From positions 71,672,001 to 71,736,000 of the forward strand of contig OX597827.1 in assembly GCA_951406725.2 (NCBI GenBank): a DNA stretch of 64,000 nt, given 5' to 3'. A program made the translations under genes and the position numbers. Origin of the DNA: Octopus vulgaris (taxonomy: Eukaryota). The notes below the pieces were generated by a model. The model did no database searches and had not been told where the DNA came from. It saw only the letters and a list, made by a program, of their open reading frames with translations. Shown here in pieces: positions 55,226 through 64,000 of this stretch; position 1 is the first letter of the stretch; each line of letters begins with the position of its first letter.

Positions 55226-56062
55226 CTGTCCAGCGTCCTTGTTTCTTTTTGTTTTTTTTTAAATATATTTAACGCATAAACAGAGCCTGAACGATTGCTT
55301 TAAGATATATGGCGTATTTTATAAACATGACTGTTCAAGCATGAAACTACTAGTAGTTCTTTCGGTTGTGTATTTAAATTTATATATATATGTGTGTGCG
55401 TGTGTATGTATGTATGTATGTATGTATGTATGTATGTATGTATGTATGTATGTATGTATGTATGTCCGTGTCTTTGACAAGTGGTGCGTTTGTGTGTATC
55501 GCTTGAGAAATGGTGTCGGTTTATTTACGTCCTTGTAGTTCGACCAAAATTGTCCGGCAGAATAAATATCAGGCTTTGAAATGGACTGGGGTACATCGAC
55601 CAGCCCTTCAAAGCAGTAACCCGGAATGACCGCAGTCCAAAGATTGAAACAGATAAAACAAATATAAAACCGTTTTTTTTTGTCTTTATTCTATGGATAT
55701 AGTTATCTAAGACTATATTATCCAATGCGTGCTTCTTTGTATAAAACGGTCCTGCCCAGTGAAATTTGTAGAAAATTTAGCTGCTATGTCTTGTAGCTTG
55801 AACAACCACTTGGAGAGAGGTTTTACAGTTGACTCCTTAGTTTAACTGTGTGTGAGTTAGGTTTATGATTGTTGTGTATACCGAATCTTTCTGTTCTTCA
55901 ACCTGAAAACTGATTGAAGTTGTAATTAAAACTCAATCGGTCTTCTTCAAAGTTCTAGAACTAATTAATAATCAAAAAGGAACATTAATTAAATTCTCTT
56001 CACGATGGTCTTCTCCTACTTTCTCTTTCTGTTTCTCTTTTTCTTTCCACGCATACACACAC

Positions 56063-56126
56063 ATAGATAGATAGATAGACAGACAGACAGATACACACAT
56101 AGATAGATAGATAGATAGAGAGATAT

Positions 56127-56163
<37 letters not shown>

Positions 56164-56164
56164 C

Positions 56165-56224
<60 letters not shown>

Positions 56225-56239
56225 CAGATAGATAAACAC

Positions 56240-56317
<78 letters not shown>

Positions 56318-56344
56318 GGATGGATAGATAGACAGACAGACATA

Positions 56345-56430
<86 letters not shown>

Positions 56431-56456
56431 GGATGGATAGATAGACAGACAGACAT

Positions 56457-56509
<53 letters not shown>

Positions 56510-56510
56510 C
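56063..56510. repeat. (AGAT)n microsatellite
   Basis: Direct reading; similar arrays at 4400-4520, 8340-8470, 16915-16985, 45260-45575 and 47540-48025. Confidence 0.97.
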
Positions 56511-57109
56511 ATTTTGTACCGTCCTTATTTTGTTTTTGTTTTTTCAAATTCTTTGCATTTGCCTGTTTCTTGTATCCGTTACTTGTTTCAGCCACTGGGC
56601 AGCGCTCATGCCTAAAGGACCATAAGACCGTGACCTTCCCTCGGATGCTATGCAGTGGGACCGATCCCGATACCACGTGGTTGGGTAAGCAAAGTTCCTA
56701 CCACACACCTACGCCAACACCTACAAACATATTTGTAATTATTTTATTCGCTAAACGCTTTGAAATGAAGATGGAAACAGATTTGGAAGTAAGAAGCGCG
56801 TCTCCTTCAAAATTTACACACCATCATGTTGAAGAACTACAATCTGAACTAGACGGAAATTTTACGGAAATTTACGGAAGTTTACGGAAATCTTACTGAC
56901 TGTTCTAATGCATATTCTTCTGGTTTAATTTTTTTTATATTTCTCGCCAAAGGAGAACGAGATTTCTAAACCTATCAATCGATCACTCGATCAACTCGGA
57001 CCAACTTGGGGGGTCTTCCTCGGACCAGCTCTTCCATGTCAACAGCCCCGATCGAGCCATGAGGAATGACCGTTGGCTTCTGTTCTAGTCAGATTGATCT
57101 TTCATTATA

Positions 57110-57320
57110 GAATGTCTCATCTGCGCACACCACGGCTACAGATGAATGAACATGGTTAATCCTGGCTGTTGACGCTTTGTTGTCTGTTCATCGGCTCAGC
57201 ATCGAGTGATATTCGCCATTGATTCAATAAGTTCATCAGTCGAAAGGGTTCGTAACATTCACTATGATGCATCCCATAATTTCAATGTACTGTGTCTCGT
57301 TCGAGTGGGTACATGCCACT
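57110..57320 (+). pseudogene. Possible highly degraded mariner transposase fragment
   Basis: TTATDE...ILAVDALL...ISSSVERVRNI...VS..EWV, loosely matching the mariner HTH-to-WVPHEL region; needs frameshifts. Confidence 0.3.
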
Positions 57321-57563
57321 TAAACTATAGCTGGGACTCTAACAGGTGCTAATCCCAGGTCAGAGCAAACCTGAGAAAAACAATGGATGAGAGTGGGTCC
57401 CATACATCTCAAACCCTGGAACACCCGAACCAAGGTTCCGCGACCGGATACTCTTTTCAGAGATACCCAGTCCTGTGTAGCCTAACTCGAAAACAAGGCT
57501 ATTTCATGAGCACGTAAGTACATACAGATATACACTAAGCAGCCGAGTATATATGTATGTTAG

Positions 57564-57955
57564 GGCGACGGTCTGGCAGAAACGTTAGCACTCCGGGCGA
57601 AATGCTTAGCGGTTTTTCGTCTGCCGCTACGTTCTGAGTTGAAATTCCGCCGAGGTCGACTTTGCCCTTCATCCATTGGGGTCGATAAATTAAGTACCAG
57701 TTACGTACTGGGGTCGATATAATCGGCTTAATCCGTTTGTCTGTCCTTGTTTGTCCTCTCAGTGTTTAGCCCCTTGTGGGTAGTAAAGAAATAGGTATTT
57801 CGTCTGCCTTTATGTTCTGAGTTCAAATTCCGCCGAGGTCGAGTTTGCTTTCATCCATTCGGGGTCGATAAATTAAGTACCTGTTGCGTACTGGAGTCAA
57901 TCTAATCGACTGAACCCATCCGATAAAAACTACACGCCTTGTGTCTAAAGTAGAA
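57564..57955 (+). mobile_element. SINE family X internal dimer (tail A + tail B)
   Basis: Unit starts at 57611 and 57794; second unit ends GCCTTGTGTCTAAAGTAGAAA. Confidence 0.9.
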
Positions 57956-58226
57956 AACCATTAACATACAACTTGCCTACACATACATATATATTTACAT
58001 ATGTGTGTGGGTGTGTGTGGATAAAAATGTCAATATATATGTGTATGTGTGCGTGTGCAAGTATGCATGGATGTATGTATGTATTCTTCTAAAGAACTTA
58101 TAAAAATACACTCTACAGATATTTGCGTATAAAAATATTTATGATATTAATAAATTTCTGTTATTTCAAAGTTTATAAATACACTTAACTAAATCGGAAG
58201 TTTACACACACACACACACACACTCA

Positions 58227-58279
<53 letters not shown>

Positions 58280-58445
58280 TCACATTCACACACAAACACA
58301 CACACACATACACGCACACATACACATACACATGCATACATTCATATATACATACATATATGTATGTTCGTACGAATGTATCTATGCATGTATGTATATA
58401 TGTATGTATATGTGTGTGTGTGTTTACTTGCCTATTTATGCGTAC

Positions 58446-58498
<53 letters not shown>

Positions 58499-58613
58499 TC
58501 TAACGCATAATCCAACCAAATGCTTTATCGTTTTCTGTATTTCATGTATGTATGTATATATGAATGTATATGTGTGTGTGTTTACTTGTACATATGTGTG
58601 TGTTTACTTGTAC

Positions 58614-58646
<33 letters not shown>

Positions 58647-58922
58647 TACACACACATCTAACGCATCAACGATGGAAATGCCTTATCGTTGTCTGTATTT
58701 CGTTTTGTTTGTTTGTTTTTTTATAGAATTCATCCTACAACAACAACAACAACAACAACAACAACCGCAACAACAACAGCAACAACAACACTGACTGAAA
58801 CTGGATGGGCGCCATGCCAGTAGTACTTGGCTTGCATTTGTTCTTTTAGTGTGTGTTTCAGTACCAGCGTTTGATTTGTATCATTTGTGTGCATATATAT
58901 TTGTGTGTGTGTGTGTGTGTGT

Positions 58923-58977
<55 letters not shown>

Positions 58978-59098
58978 CTAATTTTGGCCAACGTACTTTT
59001 TTATCTATGAAGAATATAGTAGACAAATGAAGACTCAATTTCACATTTTCAATTCCAATATATACACACATACATACATACATACATACATACATACA

Positions 59099-59134
<36 letters not shown>

Positions 59135-59247
59135 TACATACATATATTTATATATACATAAATATATATGCATAATATTTATTGATGCACACATTTACAT
59201 ACAAATACATATATATATGTGTATATATATTTATGTGCCTATATACG

Positions 59248-59314
<67 letters not shown>

Positions 59315-59960
59315 ATATATGCGCGCGTATATATATATATATAGAGAGAGAGAGAGCATGGCAGTTACAATTATGAGTGCATGCTTTAGAAATAAGTTGT
59401 TTTAAAAATCTCTACCAGTCCCTAGATATGTTTCACAACAGAACAGTTATGAATTATCTATGAGTTTTACGAAGGTTTATTTCATCAAATAAATTGTTAT
59501 TAAAGATTAATCTATAACTGAAAACAACAATGTATACTTATGAGTGCTAATATTAAGCAAATCATTACATCTGGTTGAAGAGAGAGAGAGGGAGGCAGAG
59601 CGTCGCAACAAGAAGGGGCACTGAGTATGGTGGAAACATCTGGCTCAGGGTGTCAAATGTCTGACTCAACAAAGCTTGTACTATCCTGCATGTGTCGTGC
59701 CGGAAGGGCCCAAAGCACTTACATGTTTCATCGACTGATGAGATTCTGACTCCTTCATTCAGAGATGGAGTACAGCAGCACTCAAGTGCTTATCCTAAAT
59801 GTATAATATATACAAAACAGAATTTAAAAAACGCATATAGTTTGTTTTAAACTTAAGGAGTGCAAGCTCAAATCATGGATAGTACAGAGAATCATATAAA
59901 CTTATAGATATCTATCTATTCAAACATACCATGAATTAATATCTATTGAGAACTGAATGA

Positions 59961-60032
<72 letters not shown>

Positions 60033-60053
60033 GCATGTATGTATGTATGTATG

Positions 60054-60084
<31 letters not shown>

Positions 60085-60389
60085 GTACATACGTATGTCT
60101 GCATTTGTATATATGTATGTACTTAACGATTTTATGCTGATAACATCGAAGAAGTGAGCTAATCGGATTGTGTAACAGGTCAATCGACTTGCAGAATAGC
60201 AGCAATCGGCCGATGGAGACAAGCATTTGTTACATAAAGCTTATAAATACAAATGACGTTTTCTAGATTTCTTAATACATACATACACACACACATACAT
60301 ATATATATAAGTATGTATATGTGTGTGTGTGTATGTATATATACTATGTATATATATATATATATATACAAACATATACATATATACAT

Positions 60390-60421
<32 letters not shown>

Positions 60422-60454
60422 CACACATACACACACACATACATATATATACAT

Positions 60455-60657
60455 GCGAGCTGACAGAACCGTTGGCACACTGGACAAAAAGCTTTTAGGC
60501 GTTCATCTTTACTCTCTGATTTCAAATTCCGCCGTGGTCGACTTTGCCTTTCATTCTTTCGGGATCAATAAAATAAGTACCAGTTGAGCACTGGGGTCGA
60601 TGGAATTGGTTTACCCACTATCCTTGAAATTGCTGGCCTTGTGCCAAAATTTGAAAC
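60455..60657 (+). mobile_element. SINE family X monomer, tail B, diverged
   Basis: GCGAGCTGACAGAACCGTTGGCAC...GGTCGACTTTGCCTTTCAT...GGCCTTGTGCCAAAATTTGAAAC. Confidence 0.85.
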
Positions 60658-60731
60658 CTATATATATATATAATATGATTGATTGGTAACTCCAAAAGTT
60701 TTTTATTCTTTCTATTTATTTCCTCGGGTTC

Positions 60732-60767
60732 CTTTCTGTTGAAGAGCGCAGGCGCGAAACGTAAAAG
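60732..60767 (+). ncRNA. Minimal hammerhead motif with A6U core change; 3' half of a second motif at 60904
   Basis: cttt-CTGTTGA-a-GAGC(gcag)GCGC-GAAA-CG-TA-aaag; the downstream CCCGAGCGTCAAACTAATACACC is shared with 31620-31710 (-) and resembles sequence at 54965 and 60930. Confidence 0.5.
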
Positions 60768-60852
60768 ACTTTCTCACTTTCCCGAGCGTCAAACTAATAC
60801 ACCTACTTGTTGTTTTACACTTGTCTTCATCATTTGCTTTTCTGTAAATTTC

Positions 60853-60907
<55 letters not shown>

Positions 60908-61005
60908 AACGTTAAACCCTCCTTCTTTCCTGAGCGTCCAATAATACTATATTTGTTCCACGTCCTCGCGTTGTTGTGTTTTTTTTTGTGCTTTCTTGTT
61001 TGGAT

Positions 61006-61074
<69 letters not shown>

Positions 61075-61104
61075 TGAGAGACCTAATGTATGTGTAGACA
61101 CCTT

Positions 61105-61137
<33 letters not shown>

Positions 61138-61334
61138 GCGTACGCATATTTTCCAATTTAATATGCTGGAAGGCATATCCTGTTACCAAAATATTTGGGC
61201 TCTGTGAACGGTTCCACACACCACTCATAGCTCCCTCACAGTTCGACAATAATTGTTGTATCCCTGGATAGCCTAGTGTGCAGAGATTGAACCGTATTGG
61301 AATATTTATAAAATCGCATAAAACCTAAGTTTTA

Positions 61335-61461
61335 AACCCGAACCACGAAATAAGGAATTCTTAAGGCATGCTGCTAATAAGCACTGGAGTAAATAAAAAA
61401 AATTAGTCAACCCTATACTCGAGTTTTGGGTATTAATGACCAAATAAATTAATTTGGTATA

Positions 61462-61521
<60 letters not shown>

Positions 61522-61533
61522 GTATGTATGAAT

Positions 61534-61567
<34 letters not shown>

Positions 61568-62496
61568 TGTACCTGCGCATGCGCCGTATGTGTATGTATG
61601 TATGTATGTATGTATGTATGTATGTATGTATACATGTATGTATGTATGTATGTATGTATGTATGTATGTATGTATGTATGTACCTTACATAACATATGCG
61701 CGTTTCAGTAAGCGTTGAGTAATCTGATTGGTCGTTTCCTCGATACTGTCAGCAAATAGATGCAACGCATGTTTACTGCATGCCCGAATCTGCATGTAAA
61801 AGGAAGGATGAGCCTTTGCAAACAAAGCAAAGCATATACATTAAGTGTGTGTGTGTTCGATAATTTTATAAAAAATATAAGAGGATGTTTTAAACATCGA
61901 ATGGCTATGGAGATCTATGCGAGGAAAATGGAAATGAATGGAATTCGTAAGAAAAAATGGTTGAGAACCGCTGCTGTTAACGGTGAAATCACTCGCAAGT
62001 GTGAAGAACATAAAATTCAATGACTTCGTTGTTATCTGCCACTCGTTCATGACGTTATCAATACGTGGATCTTCCTTGCTGATTGTGATCCATAGTTTTT
62101 TGGTTTTTTTTCATGTGGATTCATGCGGTTTCTAGATGTTGCTTCATTGACAAAAGAGAACTGAATCTAGATTCACACAGATATGTCGTTGCAAATGGAA
62201 TGAGAAGGCAAAAATGTTTGTCAAAATCTGTTAAGGATTAAATGATCGCTTGAGGTTTCCACCTATTTGGAATAATTAAACTCTAACTGTAATTAAGTGA
62301 GGAAAAGTTAATTTTAAGACTCAGTTAATAATACATGGTTTCCCCTATCGGACATTTAATAAGGAAGGAGATACTTATTTCGTTATATTATTTGGCGGAA
62401 TTATACTTTTGAATTTGAAATTAAGTAATAAGGAAGATAATAAGGAAGGGCGAGAGAGAGAGAGTGTGTGTGAGTGAGAGAGAATATATACGTATG

Positions 62497-62593
<97 letters not shown>

Positions 62594-63000
62594 CTTACCA
62601 GCCACATGGTCCCGTGTTCAGTTCCATTGTGTGGCACCTTGGGCAAGTATCTTCTGCTATGTTCGGGCCGACCAAGCCTTGTGGGTGGATTTGGTAGACG
62701 AAACTGAAGAAGCCTGTCGTATATGTATATATATATATATATATGTATGTATATGTGTGTGTGTATATGTTTGTGTGTCTGTGTTTATCCCCCACCCCAA
62801 CATCGCTTGACAACCGATGCCGGTTTGTTTACGTCCCCGTAACTTAGCGGTTCAGCAAAAGAGACCGATAGAATAAGTACTAGGCTTACAAAGAATATGT
62901 CCTGGGGTCGATTTGCTCGACTGAAGTCAGTGCTTCAGCATGGCTGCAGCCAAGTGACTAATACAAGTAAAAGAGTAAAAAAAATACACATATATGTATA

Positions 63001-63063
<63 letters not shown>

Positions 63064-63254
63064 AGAGTGTATAAAGACATGCACGGAGAGAAGACCCTTG
63101 ACAGAATTTCTAACATGCTAAAAACAAGACATTTCAACCCGAACCACGAAATAAGGAATTCTTAAAGCACGCTGCTAATAAGCACTAGAGTAAATAAAAA
63201 ATTAGTTAACCCTATACTCGAGTTTTGGGTATTAATGACCAAATAAATTAATTT

Positions 63255-63259
<5 letters not shown>
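61335..63259 (+). repeat. Near-identical ~125-bp direct repeats at 61335-61460 and 63136-63259
   Basis: AACCCGAACCACGAAATAAGGAATTCTTAA...CTCGAGTTTTGGGTATTAATGACCAAATAAATTAATTTGGTATA occurs twice. Confidence 0.92.
62592..62980 (+). mobile_element. Abundant SINE, 5' head clipped by (TA)n
   Basis: GGCACCTTGGGCAAGTATCTT...internal (TA/GT)n...CAGCATGGCTGCAG...CAAGTAAAAGAGTAAAA. Confidence 0.9.
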
Positions 63260-63297
<38 letters not shown>

Positions 63298-63581
63298 CCC
63301 TGGACAGCCTAATGTTGTAGTTTGAACATACTTATCATTGCCTTGAACATACTTATCATTATCTGTGTCTGCTCTGAAATGTATATGTATGTATGAATTA
63401 TATATGTATATGCATGTATGTATGTAAGTATGTATGTATATATGTATGCATGTATGCATCATGCGTGTATGTATGTATGTATGTATGTATGTATGTATGT
63501 ATGTATGCATGTATGCATGCATGCATGCGTGTATGTATGTATGTATGTATGTATGTATGTATGTATGTATGTATGTATGTA

Positions 63582-63866
63582 TGTTGTGAATATCTCTTTG
63601 AAAATCAAAGAGAAAGAAGATAACTATGGAGAACTGCTTCGAAACCTCCAGCTTCTATATCCGGATTACAAGTTTACGTTTATATCAATAATAATTGGCG
63701 CATTTAATTTTGTAAGTAAATACCTAACTGTCAGTCCGGATAAGCCTGCATTTTCAGATAAAGAAACCAAACCAACTGATTCACAATACAAATACAATTA
63801 CGAATAGAATCTTTAAGAACAACAGTAAAACTATGCAAGACACTTTTTCTCAGGTATAAAATGTGA
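63582..63866 (+). pseudogene. C-terminal RLE fragment of another site-specific non-LTR retrotransposon family
   Basis: VNISLKIKEKEDNYGELLRNLQLLYPDYKFTFISIIIGAFNFV...TVKLCKT (K..KY..L...IIIGA.G motif). Confidence 0.78.
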
Positions 63867-63881
63867 CGTTGTTTTCCTGAT

Positions 63882-63944
<63 letters not shown>

Positions 63945-64000
63945 CATACATACATATATATATATATACATATATATACATACATACATACATATATATA

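Noticed and set aside
59735-59760. CTGATGAG motif
   Set aside because: No stem II followed by GAAA.

Overview
This is animal non-coding DNA (intronic or intergenic), saturated with microsatellites: (TA)n, (CA)n, (GA)n, (ATGT)n, (AGAT)n, (AAT)n, (ATG)n and (GGT)n. The repeat landscape looks like an octopus or other coleoid cephalopod genome; that is an inference from pattern recognition, not a database result. I can support no host protein-coding exon, and nearly all ORFs in the supplied track are translations of simple repeats. The recognisable content is transposon debris: R4/Dong-type restriction-like-endonuclease (RLE) retrotransposon fragments sitting in (TAA)n tracts, CR1, RTE and zinc-knuckle ORF1 relics, Tigger, mariner, hAT and Helentron-like DNA elements, and many tRNA-headed SINEs. 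The strongest second-look signals are four. (1) Several minimal type-I hammerhead ribozyme folds with palindromic stem III and non-canonical cores (CCGANGA twice, CUGUUGA once); the best is at 22934-22999. (2) A complete 2x2 combinatorial set of SINE heads/bodies and tails. (3) A SINE that recurs as a head-body-tail-body-tail dimer, inserts with essentially no target-site duplication (TSD), and shares its 3' tail with a LINE-like end in the same window. (4) A three-level nested insertion with readable TSDs, and a ~195-bp-arm foldback. All coordinates were read by eye and boundaries may be off by a few bases.
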